In this document: in pieces, positions 1-8,876 of the stretch
Layout of the letters: each line of letters begins with the position of its first letter
Position numbering within the stretch: the stretch's first letter is position 1
IMG/VR virus record: IMGVR_UViG_3300034073_004285
Location: 1-58,859 of that record
From: a virus
Lineage: Duplodnaviria > Caudoviricetes
Strand: one strand, 5' to 3'
Length of the DNA: 58,859 nucleotides
Translations under genes and position numbers: made by a program
The notes under the pieces: model-generated
What the model was told of the DNA's origin: nothing
Database searches by the model: none
Seen by the model: only the letters and a program-made list of their open reading frames with translations

Positions 1-127
1 TATAGTTGGGCGGCGTTTTTCTGCTCACCGTCATCGGTTTCTTTATCACCGTCATCGGATAACTGCTTACCGTAAGCGGTTTCCGTCTTTGGTTGGGTTG
101 TACCGTTTAACTGGTCTAGAGCGACTT
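1..127. repeat. 127-bp terminal overlap (copy 1), circularisation signature
   Basis: Identical to 58733-58859. Confidence 0.95.
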
Positions 128-524
128 GGATGACTTCGGGAAGAACAATAAAATGGCGAGTTTTATCAAAGGCAAATCGGCTGTTAGGGTTGCGGAAAAT
201 ATCAATAAACCCTTTGTCTTTGAGGGTTTGTAACCCGTTTCGGATCTTGTCCTTTCCCCATGCTCCTAACATGGCTTTCCTGAGATCGGCTTCTGTATGC
301 CATTGAGTTAAAGCGGTGTCGTACTTTCCACGCTCTCCATGTCGCTCAGCAATTTCGTTAGCGGCGATCGCCTGGTGGCGTTGATCTAGCTTGACGTTGT
401 GCCAATAAATCAGGTGGTTAAGTAAGGCGGCGGCGCAAGTGTCACCGTCGCAAATTTCAACAAAACTGGCTCGGATAATAACTAGGGGATCGTTGGCAGG
501 GGGGACAATGCAAGAGGATTTCAT
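1..524 (-). CDS. Phage replication initiator, N-terminal part (continues across the circular join into 58732..58261; 331 aa in total)
   Basis: Manual translation from ATG at 524 gives MKSSCIVPPANDPLVIIRASFVEICDGDTCAAALLNHLIYWHN.... The frame joins the 58261..58533 ORF (524+472=996 nt). It lies directly upstream of dnaB and contains iteron-like repeats. Confidence 0.75.
   Translation of the reverse strand, partial: MKSSCIVPPANDPLVIIRASFVEICDGDTCAAALLNHLIYWHNVKLDQRHQAIAANEIAERHGERGKYDTALTQWHTEADLRKAMLGAWGKDKIRNGLQTLKDKGFIDIFRNPNSRFAFDKTRHFIVLPEVIQVALDQLNGTTQPKTETAYGKQLSDDGDKETDDGEQKNAAQL
25..79. repeat. Iteron-like repeats, candidate replication origin inside the initiator gene
   Basis: TCACCGTCATCGG at 25 and 46 and TTACCGTAAGCGG at 67: 21-bp period, CCG-N4-CGG core; same layout as lambda ori within gene O. 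Confidence 0.65.
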
Positions 525-560
525 GGCGAGTGCTCCTGGGTGGGTGACGCTATTTTTGAT

Positions 561-815
561 TTATCCAAGGCGTTCCACCTTCGTTAGGTAAAGCTTTCTG
601 CCTTTCTCGAAAAACACCTCAGCTTCCACCAATAGGGAAACCAGCTCGGCTGTGTAGGTATAGGAAAGCCCCAGATAAACGGCGATCGCCTTTCGGGAGC
701 GTTTACCGGCTTGGACTGCCTCAATAATTCTGTTTTCGTGCAAAGCTGACTTGCAAACCCACGGTTGCTTGTTGGGGGTGTGGGTTAATATGGAGAGATG
801 GCAATTTTTGAGCAT
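561..815 (-). CDS. Small winged-helix DNA-binding protein
   Basis: HTH-like segment SRKAIAVYLGLSYTYTAELVSLL. Confidence 0.6.
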   Translation of the reverse strand: MLKNCHLSILTHTPNKQPWVCKSALHENRIIEAVQAGKRSRKAIAVYLGLSYTYTAELVSLLVEAEVFFEKGRKLYLTKVERLG

Positions 816-860
816 AATTAGATACCTTTTGTGGGGGAGGCTTAGTGCCTCCCTGTTTTT

Positions 861-1505
861 TTAGAAGTGCAATTCCTGCATTGCATCGTCAACAGCGGGG
901 AACTGTTGAGCGAAGATCTCGGATATAGCCAGCGCAATGTCACGGTGCTCCTTCTGGGTGGAAGGGTGACACCTGACTTGCAGGTAATGAATCCAAGAGC
1001 GAACCGAACCCTTCATGTAGAGCCGTGTCTGGGTGTTCAACGGCAGGAGCATTCGAGCGCACTCTTTGGCAATACCGTCTTCCAACGCCGCTTCGTAGCG
1101 GTCATAACAGAACTCCCAGACTTGCTCTTGCAGGTACAGGAAAGCGTCTTTCACCTCTGGGTCGAGGTCGTCAAAAGAGTTCTGCCTGTTTTTGCTGTCT
1201 TGCCGCCGTGCCTCGCAGGGCTCAAACTCCAGAGCTTCGGTGTACCGTAGGCTTCGCTCTTGGAAACAGAAGCTCCGATGGCGTAATATCTGAGCGGCGA
1301 TCGCCCTTGAGGTGACAATTTCCACAGTCATGTCGCACATCTCGAAAATTGACCAGTGCTTTTCACGGAGGCAGTATTTGAGCAAACCCACGTAATCGGG
1401 GTTGTCTTGGTTGGAGGAGGAAACCCTCGCACAGTAGGCGATCAATCCCTCGGGGGAGAGGAGATCGTCAACCGGCTTGGTGACTGAGATTAGTTGTACT
1501 TGCAT
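861..1505 (-). CDS. thyX: FAD-dependent thymidylate synthase
   Basis: [23 protein letters not shown] ThyX motif, [14 protein letters not shown]. Confidence 0.95.
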   Translation of the reverse strand: MQVQLISVTKPVDDLLSPEGLIAYCARVSSSNQDNPDYVGLLKYCLREKHWSIFEMCDMTVEIVTSRAIAAQILRHRSFCFQERSLRYTEALEFEPCEARRQDSKNRQNSFDDLDPEVKDAFLYLQEQVWEFCYDRYEAALEDGIAKECARMLLPLNTQTRLYMKGSVRSWIHYLQVRCHPSTQKEHRDIALAISEIFAQQFPAVDDAMQELHF

Positions 1506-2526
1506 TGTTGATTTCCATAATTCTTTGATAGGCGATCGCCGCGCATTGGGGCACGACAGTATTGCCGAGGGCTTTTAGGCGTTTTTGGTAGTGGGGGATT
1601 CCGGTAGCGAGGGGACTGGGGTGATGTCCGTCCACCCAAGGGGATAACCTTGCATCTATTCCACAAATTCGGGGTTGAGTTGTCCCTTCACTTGGTTGGG
1701 GTCGGGTTGAAGGTTGCCGATCGCCGACTTGAGGGCTTTCCGTCCGGTGGCATTGTTGAACCGGGTTATCGTCCCCACTGAACCCCGATCGCCGTCCATT
1801 GCCTTGGGGGTTGGTAGAAGTCCCACCGCATGGGGTAGGTGCATTTGATGTCCATTGCGTAGATTGTTCAAAGCGTTGGAGGGGCTGTGTTTGCAATCCT
1901 GAGCTTTGGGCGTTGGGAGTAATGAAGTGCCGATCATTGCCTCCATCGTCTCCTTGTGAAATCCTTGATCGACTAAGGCTTGCGCCATGTCCCGGCTTCC
2001 ACTTCCCCCGCATAGTCCACGAGTTTGAGGGGTAGGCAATGATGAAAACCCGTTCCCTTTGGTGAGGCGCTCCCATGCTGGCCGCTGAAACAACTTGCCA
2101 TTCCGCATCAAACCCGCTTTGGGCAATTTCCCAGAGAACACGGTCAAGTCCCCGGTTAATAAGGGCTGGGACGTTTTCAAGCAATAGGAATCGGGGCTGA
2201 ACTGTGCGAAGGATTCGGACAACTTCAAAGAACAACCCAGATCGCTTACCTTCCAGCCCTCGCCCGTTGGGGTTGGCACTTGAAAGGTCTTGACAGGGAA
2301 ATCCGGCGGTGATGATGTCGAATTGTCCGTGGGTAGGAGAGAAAGTTGTAACGTCGTCATGAATAGGAACTCCATGAAAGTTTTTCTGTAGAACTCGCTG
2401 GCAGTAGGGGTCAATTTCCACAAATTGGGTGGTTTCTATTCCGAACCAACTAGCCGCCAAACTGAATCCACCAATGCCAGCAAAAAGATCGCACTGCCTG
2501 AGGTTTACCAGTTGCGCTGTGGGCAT
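1468..2526 (-). CDS. DNA cytosine-5 methyltransferase, alpha-type chain (motifs I-VIII and X)
   Basis: DLFAGIGG (I), GFPCQDLS (IV), ENV (VI), HQRERVF (VIII), [11 protein letters not shown] (X); motif IX is not in this frame. Confidence 0.92.
   Translation of the reverse strand: MPTAQLVNLRQCDLFAGIGGFSLAASWFGIETTQFVEIDPYCQRVLQKNFHGVPIHDDVTTFSPTHGQFDIITAGFPCQDLSSANPNGRGLEGKRSGLFFEVVRILRTVQPRFLLLENVPALINRGLDRVLWEIAQSGFDAEWQVVSAASMGAPHQRERVFIIAYPSNSWTMRGKWKPGHGASLSRSRISQGDDGGNDRHFITPNAQSSGLQTQPLQRFEQSTQWTSNAPTPCGGTSTNPQGNGRRSGFSGDDNPVQQCHRTESPQVGDRQPSTRPQPSEGTTQPRICGIDARLSPWVDGHHPSPLATGIPHYQKRLKALGNTVVPQCAAIAYQRIMEINNASTTNLSHQAG
1656..2360 (-). CDS. Overlapping alternative-frame partner chain of the C5 methyltransferase (LPTP repeats and motif IX), interrupted by TAG
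   Basis: Long nested ORF with three LPTP repeats ending LNPEFVE*. The frame continues MQGYPLGWT to TAA at 1575. Confidence 0.7.
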   Translation of the reverse strand: MTTLQLSLLPTDNSTSSPPDFPVKTFQVPTPTGEGWKVSDLGCSLKLSESFAQFSPDSYCLKTSQPLLTGDLTVFSGKLPKAGLMRNGKLFQRPAWERLTKGNGFSSLPTPQTRGLCGGSGSRDMAQALVDQGFHKETMEAMIGTSLLPTPKAQDCKHSPSNALNNLRNGHQMHLPHAVGLLPTPKAMDGDRGSVGTITRFNNATGRKALKSAIGNLQPDPNQVKGQLNPEFVE

Positions 2527-2792
2527 ACTTTCTCCACCTCTACCAACTGGTAGGCGTTGGATTCTAAGCGGACTATTACCTCTGCCCGCAAGAGGTTTCT
2601 GATTGTGTACTGGGCGTTATAGGGAGCCACTATTTTTTGGAGTTCCCGCAATGTCACCCGTTTTTTGCCGGACATATATTCCAAGATTTTTAACTCCTTG
2701 CGGATCTCTAGGTCTTTTTTGGTGAGGGCTTCACCGTCAAAAACCCCCTTGATCTTTTTGACATCTTTGTGTCGATAAATGGCAACCATCAC
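2505..2792 (-). CDS. Hypothetical protein, possible winged helix
   Basis: ILEYMSGKKRVTLRELQK...IRNLLRAEVIVR pattern; GGAGG RBS upstream. Confidence 0.55.
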   Translation of the reverse strand: MMVAIYRHKDVKKIKGVFDGEALTKKDLEIRKELKILEYMSGKKRVTLRELQKIVAPYNAQYTIRNLLRAEVIVRLESNAYQLVEVEKVCPQRNW

Positions 2793-2968
2793 GAGTCCTC
2801 CTTGTTGATTTCTTTAATGACATAAGTGGCGTACTCACCTGCCACTTTCCGCACAAACTCCGAGGGGGTGAGTTTGACGTAATAGGCGGCCAGCTCTATC
2901 CGTTGTTGTTCCCCTGCCGATAAACGCAGGGAAACCTGTTGGGTTAAACGTTGACTTGTTTTTGGCAT
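2789..2968 (-). CDS. Ribbon-helix-helix protein, 59 aa (not in the ORF track)
   Basis: Manual translation MPKTSQRLTQQVSLRLSAGEQQRIELAAYYVKLTPSEFVRKVA...; fills the gap in the operon with a GTGA overlap. Confidence 0.6.
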   Translation of the reverse strand: MPKTSQRLTQQVSLRLSAGEQQRIELAAYYVKLTPSEFVRKVAGEYATYVIKEINKEDS

Positions 2969-3210
2969 TTTTCTAATTGCTTACGAAACAAACCTAAGTG
3001 AACTGAATAATTGCGGCCTTGACGGCGAAAAGTCTTTTTGAACTCAGGGCGGGCTAACCGTTCCCTGATGAAGGTGGAACTGACTCCCAACCGACAGGCC
3101 GCCGACTTAACTGATTGCCAGCCATCGGCTTGGGCTTCGAGTGCCTCCACCCGCGCCAATAGCTGGTCAATTTGTTGTTGTTGAGTGAGGACTCTGGACA
3201 TAGCTACCAC
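2944..3210 (-). CDS. Excisionase-like HTH protein
   Basis: WQSVKSAACRLGVSSTFIRERL...RRQGRNYSVHL, Xis/MerR-like; early operon. Confidence 0.55.
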   Translation of the reverse strand: MVAMSRVLTQQQQIDQLLARVEALEAQADGWQSVKSAACRLGVSSTFIRERLARPEFKKTFRRQGRNYSVHLGLFRKQLEKCQKQVNV

Positions 3211-3428
3211 TCCACAGCCTGCCAGCCCCTTTCGTGGCAGTAACTACGCCACTGGGGATTCTTGTTTTGGAACCGCCGGAGCCAAACAGGAAAGGCTTGG
3301 CAGGCTTCACCGCCGACTTTCCAAATACCGAACTCTAGGCAGTCCGGTACAAAGTAGATCACCTCTTTTTTGCGCATTGACTGCACCAGTTGATGGCCGG
3401 GGTTGTGTTTAGGACGATCTGCAAGCAT
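3204..3428 (-). CDS. Hypothetical protein
   Basis: ORF tightly packed in the minus-strand early operon. Confidence 0.5.
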   Translation of the reverse strand: MLADRPKHNPGHQLVQSMRKKEVIYFVPDCLEFGIWKVGGEACQAFPVWLRRFQNKNPQWRSYCHERGWQAVEW

Positions 3429-3430
3429 GG

Positions 3431-3769
3431 TTAGAGTGATTGTTGATTTTTAAATTGGGGTTGGGTTTGGGGTGATTTGGGAGCAGTTAAAGCACGGTCA
3501 ATCAATGCAGGGCACAGCCGACGGCCGGCCAAGGCGATCGCCTTTGCAGATATTTCCTGATTGCGTGTGAACTGTTCGTACCATTGGGAGTTATCCCAGA
3601 GTGCCTGCTCTGTGGACTCCCGAAACCCGAACCCCATAGCGAGGTACTCACACTGGGACTGGGCGATCGCCTCTGCCCAAATAGGTAAGGCTTGGGCCAC
3701 CTGTGTGGTGGATAGGGTTAGAAAGTAGGTAGCGGTTAGAATTAGCTTTTTCATTGCATTAGGCTCCAT
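3431..3769 (-). CDS. Hypothetical exported or membrane protein
   Basis: MKKLILTATYFLTLSTTQVAQA signal-peptide-like N terminus. Confidence 0.55.
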   Translation of the reverse strand: MEPNAMKKLILTATYFLTLSTTQVAQALPIWAEAIAQSQCEYLAMGFGFRESTEQALWDNSQWYEQFTRNQEISAKAIALAGRRLCPALIDRALTAPKSPQTQPQFKNQQSL

Positions 3770-3978
3770 AGAATTACGGCGATCGCCGTTGGTAAGTTGA
3801 GCAGACAGGTAACACCGAGGATTTTTAGGTGGTTCATTTTGTCCCCATGTTTTTGAATGCTTGCCACCGCCGGATAGCAGTGTGGAATTGGTTCTGGATT
3901 ATGTCCAGTTCGCTTTTTTTGGGAACGGGGGGAAGGGTGGGCAATAAACGTGCGTAAGAAGTTTGCATTTAGAAGTCC

Positions 3979-4320
3979 TCAGGCTTTGAGTAGTAAGGTT
4001 TCGAGTTGTCCACTATCGGGATTGACAGCAATGATTTCGGCTGTAGTTGTTGGATAACTGGCATACCGTGGACTATTGACAATCCAAGAGTGCAAGCTTT
4101 GGTTTTTAATGGCTTGGCGTTTGATTGGGTTTAGGTGGTGTTCAGTTTCTATCCACCGCTTAACCGCTTCTGCCTCCCCCAAGTGAATACTTGAGTCAAC
4201 ACAATGGCCATCCACTAAAACCAGAAAATTATTAGTCCTTGAACTCTCGGCGATCGTGATTTTTGGGTTGTAAGTTGCATAACTGGGATCTAGTTCCTTG
4301 CGGCGTTTGGCATCTCCCAT
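3979..4320 (-). CDS. Hypothetical protein starting MGDAKRRK
   Basis: ATG at 4320 follows a GAGGA RBS, so it is the likelier start. Confidence 0.55.
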   Translation of the reverse strand: MGDAKRRKELDPSYATYNPKITIAESSRTNNFLVLVDGHCVDSSIHLGEAEAVKRWIETEHHLNPIKRQAIKNQSLHSWIVNSPRYASYPTTTAEIIAVNPDSGQLETLLLKA

Positions 4321-4339
4321 TGGTTTAGTCCTCAAGTAA

Positions 4340-4807
4340 TTAAGCGGCTTTGCGGGGTTGAAAAAGGGGTAAGTCTTGGAGTTCATCAGGGAAGATTGGA
4401 TCAAGGATTTTTGCTTTGTCCCGCCAATACTTCCGCCAAGAGTCAATACAGTTTTTGACTGTTATTGGTTGTTTCGGCGATCGCCATGCACGGGGGGAAA
4501 TCCAAGTTTCTTTGACTAAGCAGTTATCACCGGGAACATGGCTGGTGGCTTCTGTTTCGTGTTCGGCAATGATGCCTAGAACGTTAACGCCGCCCCGTGT
4601 CATGGCTTCAAACATTCGAGTGAAGGCTAGTCGTTGCCCCCAGGGAAGATCCTTGCCCTTGTATTTGTATTCAAGGAAGATGAACTCAACGCCATCAAAC
4701 TCTAGGAATCCGTCAATATCTGTTGGTTTGATGCCCCGCTCAAATCGCAATCCACCAAAGCAGATTTGCTGTGAAAACCGATTCATGTTTGTGATGTGTT
4801 CAAACAT
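4340..4807 (-). CDS. PD-(D/E)XK nuclease-like protein
   Basis: PTDIDGFLEF...IFLEYK...GQ pattern. Confidence 0.55.
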   Translation of the reverse strand: MFEHITNMNRFSQQICFGGLRFERGIKPTDIDGFLEFDGVEFIFLEYKYKGKDLPWGQRLAFTRMFEAMTRGGVNVLGIIAEHETEATSHVPGDNCLVKETWISPRAWRSPKQPITVKNCIDSWRKYWRDKAKILDPIFPDELQDLPLFQPRKAA

Positions 4808-4810
4808 CGG

Positions 4811-6793
4811 TTAAGCCTCCCAAGCAAACTTTTCAGACTCAATGCGTTGCTCGGTTTTTGGGTAAAATTCCTCGGATTTTTCAACCCAATAGGCAACACG
4901 CTGTAAACGCTTGGCGGCCACTGCTGTGGTTCCACTTCCGGCAAAGGGATCTAATACCCGTCCGCCAAAGGGAACAAACAAGGTGATTAGTTTTTCGTAC
5001 AGTTCCAAGGGTTTTTGCGTGTCGTGCCAACCTACCCGTTCTGTCCCACCGCATTGCGGAATAGTAAAGATGCGAGAGGGATATTCCCCATAGATTCGTT
5101 GGTAGTCTTCAATTCCTTGGGTAAGGCTTTTTTCCCCAGGCTTGAAGGCAACAAAAATATATTCAAAGTTTGTCTGCAATGTCGTGGGGGACAATTGCGG
5201 GGCGGCGTTGGGTTTATGCCAAATTGATTGCAATTCTTCCGTTAGCAATCCCGCTTCTTTAGCGGCCAATACCATGCGGTGGTAAATGTGCAGGGTACAG
5301 GTGGCGACAATCACACCGCCGGGGTGCAACCATTCCGCCACATGGGGTATCCATTCTTCCGGGGAAATGGCTTCCCCTTCGGTGTCTTCAAAGTTTTTGT
5401 CAACCGATGCCCGCTTGCCATCTCGCAAGGTAAAACCACCATTGCTGATTAAATAGGGCGGATCGGTGATAATAGCGTCTAGTAATTCGTTGCCAAAGTC
5501 TTTTAAGGAAAGAGTCAAAATGTCGGCGTTAATGCCGGTTGGTGCATACTCAACCCGCAAGGCGTTAAGACGGGCCAACTCTTCTTGTCGCTGACGTTCC
5601 TGCTCTTCCTTCGATGCTTTGGCTTTATTCCATCGTTCATACTTGGCATTACAGCCCATAGCCCAGTTGGAAATTTCAGCCCGAATTTTGTCAATCTTTT
5701 TCTGGCTTGGAACCTTATCCCCATCAATAAGACTGGGTAGTTTTTCCAGAAATTTAGCGGACAGGTTGACGGGTTCACAGTAGGGAAGATCATCTTCGTT
5801 GAACTGCCAGACCATTTCTTCCTTGGGTAAGGCTTCTAGCCCCTCCATGGCAGACTTAACCCATAGCCCAATGCTGTGTTGCAAGTTCTGGGGATTGTCA
5901 GACGTAGCATCGGCAATAACTTTTTTCACCCAATACTCAGGGTTTAAGAAGCCGTGCAATACCTGGGGAATGTCAACCTCTTTGATCGCGCTAACAATCG
6001 TTTCGGTTTGCTTGACACTCCATTCTTTTTCAATGAGTAATTCCGTCAACTGTTGCCCGTATTGTTCGGGGGCTTTAAGGATTTCAGCTAGGTGACTAGA
6101 TTTATTTAAAAGCATTCGGATGTCCGAACACTTTATTCGACTAAGTAACTTGGCTGCTGAATGACATTCAGATAGTGTGCTTTTTGCCTTACCAACCATT
6201 CGTGCATATTCAGAAAGCCCACCTTTCTTACCTCGCCCACCTTCCGACAATTCCACATATTTCAAAACGTGAATGCCGTACTCTAGCGGGGAAAGTTCGC
6301 CTTGGTTATTGGCTAACACCAATTCCATGAAGGCCGCCACGTCGCCCATTTCTTTCACCCAACAGGGCAACATCTGACAGTTTGCTTGCAACGCCGCCTT
6401 ATGACGAGTGTGGCCGGAGATGATTTGATAGCCATCTTCAAATGGACGGACTAACAAGGCGTATTCAGGCTTGAAACCACCGTCAGCAATGGACTGGGCA
6501 ATGGTATCGATAATGTCCTCCCGATAAATTAGGCGGGGGTTGTCGGGGTGGGGGAATAACTGATCAACGGGTAGCCATTGAATGGTGGCACTGCCGATCT
6601 TTTCGGCTCCGCTAACGTCCAGCAGGCTCAATTGGGTTGATGGCAATTGCGGTGATTCGCTTGATTGGCCGCCCGTTTGCTCCTTTGTGACGATTGTGAT
6701 CCTCCCGTCGATCTTGGCCGTGGTGAAGTTATTAACGTCGGGCCCCGTGGTTACCGACTCGTCTACCACTTGCGGCTGTGACTCAAAAACCAT
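4811..6793 (-). CDS. ParB/Srx-domain plus beta-class N6/N4 DNA methyltransferase fusion
   Basis: N terminus PHPDNPR...YQIISGHTRHKAA (ParB); C terminus TDPPY, HDTQKP, VLDPFAGSGTT. Confidence 0.88.
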   Translation of the reverse strand: MVFESQPQVVDESVTTGPDVNNFTTAKIDGRITIVTKEQTGGQSSESPQLPSTQLSLLDVSGAEKIGSATIQWLPVDQLFPHPDNPRLIYREDIIDTIAQSIADGGFKPEYALLVRPFEDGYQIISGHTRHKAALQANCQMLPCWVKEMGDVAAFMELVLANNQGELSPLEYGIHVLKYVELSEGGRGKKGGLSEYARMVGKAKSTLSECHSAAKLLSRIKCSDIRMLLNKSSHLAEILKAPEQYGQQLTELLIEKEWSVKQTETIVSAIKEVDIPQVLHGFLNPEYWVKKVIADATSDNPQNLQHSIGLWVKSAMEGLEALPKEEMVWQFNEDDLPYCEPVNLSAKFLEKLPSLIDGDKVPSQKKIDKIRAEISNWAMGCNAKYERWNKAKASKEEQERQRQEELARLNALRVEYAPTGINADILTLSLKDFGNELLDAIITDPPYLISNGGFTLRDGKRASVDKNFEDTEGEAISPEEWIPHVAEWLHPGGVIVATCTLHIYHRMVLAAKEAGLLTEELQSIWHKPNAAPQLSPTTLQTNFEYIFVAFKPGEKSLTQGIEDYQRIYGEYPSRIFTIPQCGGTERVGWHDTQKPLELYEKLITLFVPFGGRVLDPFAGSGTTAVAAKRLQRVAYWVEKSEEFYPKTEQRIESEKFAWEA

Positions 6794-6801
6794 AGTATCT
6801 C

Positions 6802-7165
6802 TTGATGAATTTGCAAGTTACCTCTTAAGAGTACAGTGACTTGATGAATTCGTCAAGTCATTTGCAGAAAAAAAATTAAGTGCTGACCCTGTCCCGTTTT
6901 GATGACTTTCGCCTTTCAATCTGATCCAATAGCACCGACGTGCTCACACCCAGAGCACTAGCCGCCTTAGACAGCGACTTGCCAGATATTGCATAATATC
7001 CGTTAAACCATCGACACCACATTTCAGCGGGAATGCCGGTCATAGACTCAAGTTCAGATAGCTTGGCTTTTTGAAAATTTACAATCATGTGCGGTTGATG
7101 AATTGTGCAACTCTACACTAGCACAACATATACCATGACCAATACTGCATTGACGATTTCGTCAA
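6802..7165. promoter_or_regulatory. Four palindromic operator sites TTGAYGAWTTYGTCAA-like (6802, 6841, 7095, 7150) in the genetic switch
   Basis: TTGATGAATTTGCAA, TTGATGAATTCGTCAA (inside a 24-bp near-perfect palindrome 6837-6860), TTGATGAATTGTGCAA and TTGACGATTTCGTCAA flank the divergent HTH genes. TTGACG-N16-TAAGAT overlaps the last site. Confidence 0.75.
6876..7088 (-). CDS. Cro-like HTH regulator
   Basis: XRE-type HTH; first gene of the early operon, divergent from the repressor. Confidence 0.75.
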   Translation of the reverse strand: MIVNFQKAKLSELESMTGIPAEMWCRWFNGYYAISGKSLSKAASALGVSTSVLLDQIERRKSSKRDRVST

Positions 7166-7206
7166 AAAAAGTAAGATGGTAGATATAGGAACTGGTATTA
7201 ACGAAA

Positions 7207-7488
7207 ATGTTTATGAATAGAGCCTTTAAGTTGACCATAGAGAAGTTCAACATCCGTGCCGTCGATATTGCTAGATCGAGTGGTGTGGCCGAGTCTGATG
7301 TGTCTAGGTTTTTGAACGGAAAAACAGATAGCGGGTATAAGAAGGTTGATAAGTTGATCTCCGCACTGCCTCCAACCGCCAAAGATTACTTTTGGCTGGT
7401 CTACAAAAGCGGGGATGCAGTTTTCGAGCAGGACTGCATCGATCGCCGTCTAGCCGTGTGTGAAAGCGGCGGAAAATACCATGCTTGA
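7207..7488 (+). CDS. CI-like XRE repressor without a peptidase domain
   Basis: IRAVDIARSSGVAESDVSRFLNGK HTH; co-oriented with and overlapping the integrase start. Confidence 0.78.
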   Translation: MFMNRAFKLTIEKFNIRAVDIARSSGVAESDVSRFLNGKTDSGYKKVDKLISALPPTAKDYFWLVYKSGDAVFEQDCIDRRLAVCESGGKYHA

Positions 7489-8524
7489 TCGCCTGAATGC
7501 CAAACTAGAGAGAGTGAAGATACGACAGAAAGGGAATAGACTGTATCTGCGGGCCACGCTACCAGCCCGCACAGGTACAGGAAAATGGAGCCAGACAGAC
7601 GTTAGAACAGGTTGCCCAGCCACCGAAACAGGATACAAGGCGGCATTCGGCAAAGCACAAAAATTAGAATCAGACCTAATATTAGAACGCTTCAACTGGG
7701 ACGACTGGCTAGGAGAAAAAGAGCAACAGTTGATCGTCCCCATCCACCGGAATATAGAAACCGCTATCCAAGCCTTCGGCGATCGCCATTGGGAGAGCAA
7801 CCCCAGAACCAAGGATAAGGAAAAGTATTACCACAACGACTATGGGATCGCCTTTAACCAACTGCCACTGGATGAACCTCTCACCGTGGAAGTACTGAGG
7901 AAAACACTGATCAAAAGCGAACCCGATACCAGAGCCAGACAGCGAAACCACAACGCCTATACCGCACTGGCCAAGTTTGCTGGCTTAGAACTGCCAGCGG
8001 ACTGGAAGAAACTAAAGGGGAACTATAAACCAGCACCCCGAACAATCCCCAGCGATGAAGAAATCCTAGCTGTGTGGGATAACCTCAGCGAGGGAAGATG
8101 GCGGTGGGCTTACGGCATGATGGCCGCCTATGGCTTGCGAAACCATGAACTTGCCAAAATCGATCTATCTCAGTTTCCAGTTCTGCGAGTCCTCCCAGAC
8201 ACCAAAACAGGGGAGCGTCTAGTCTATCCACTCCATAAACACTGGCCCGATCGCCTAGGGTTGGCAGAGTTCAACCCACCCCAGTATTCCGGCACCAGCA
8301 ACCGTAACAACGGCGATCGAGCAATCAAGGCTTTCCACCGATTAGGGATCGAGTTCACCCCCTACGCCTTGCGCCACGCCTACGCCATTAGAGGAGCCAA
8401 ATTAGGAGTCAGTCCGGCGATCGTGGCCAAGTGGCTGGGCCATAGCCTTAGTGTTCACCACAACACCTACAACCGCTGGATCTCCCAACTCGACTTTGAT
8501 AAGATTTGGGATCGGCTAGAATAA
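7481..8524 (+). CDS. int: Tyrosine integrase
   Basis: YGLRNHE (R), TKTG (K), LRHAYAIR, LGHS, C-terminal Y; ATG at 7481 overlaps the repressor stop. Confidence 0.92.
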   Translation: MLDRLNAKLERVKIRQKGNRLYLRATLPARTGTGKWSQTDVRTGCPATETGYKAAFGKAQKLESDLILERFNWDDWLGEKEQQLIVPIHRNIETAIQAFGDRHWESNPRTKDKEKYYHNDYGIAFNQLPLDEPLTVEVLRKTLIKSEPDTRARQRNHNAYTALAKFAGLELPADWKKLKGNYKPAPRTIPSDEEILAVWDNLSEGRWRWAYGMMAAYGLRNHELAKIDLSQFPVLRVLPDTKTGERLVYPLHKHWPDRLGLAEFNPPQYSGTSNRNNGDRAIKAFHRLGIEFTPYALRHAYAIRGAKLGVSPAIVAKWLGHSLSVHHNTYNRWISQLDFDKIWDRLE

Positions 8525-8662
8525 TGGCGATCGCCGTTAACGGATGGCAACCCTAGCTTTTGCGATATAAGCCTGTTAACGGGGCTAGGTGCGGAACGGG
8601 TGACGGCGATCGCCCCCAACGGGGAAGAATTAGGGAAGAGGGATAAGGATTTCTGAAAGTCA

Positions 8663-8710
8663 AGCTGGTGACGGGATTTGAACCTGCGACCGGCTGATTA
8701 CAAATCAGTT
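8663..8710 (-). other. attP core: 3' part of tRNA-Thr(UGU)
   Basis: Reverse complement AACTGATTTGTAATCAGCCGGTCGCAGGTTCAAATCCCGTCACCAGCT contains the anticodon arm (TGT), T arm and 3' acceptor strand. The D arm is absent. It lies about 140 bp downstream of int. Confidence 0.88.
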
Positions 8711-8855
8711 CTGCACCAGTAACCCACGCCACACCCCAAACCGCTAAACCCCATACAGCAAGGGGTTTTTGCTTTTTTATAGCCGTGCAAAATTGCCAAC
8801 TATCAACGCCACTCCCCCAAAAATTTAGGGAACTGCTAGGGAAGACTTCCCCTCC

Positions 8856-8870
8856 GTATAAATCCACAAT
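8856..8870 (+). promoter_or_regulatory. Late-promoter-like motif GTATAAATCCACAAT
   Basis: One of 11 related copies; 6 nt upstream of the tail tip gene ATG. Confidence 0.7.
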
Positions 8871-8876
8871 GGCGGA

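Noticed and set aside
1656-1658. Genome-wide TAG recoding
   Set aside because: dnaN, the capsid gene and nrdB end at TAG at their expected C termini, and no suppressor tRNA is present.
8663-8740. Functional tRNA-Thr gene
   Set aside because: Only the anticodon arm, T arm and 3' acceptor strand are present; there is no proper D arm, so it is attP.
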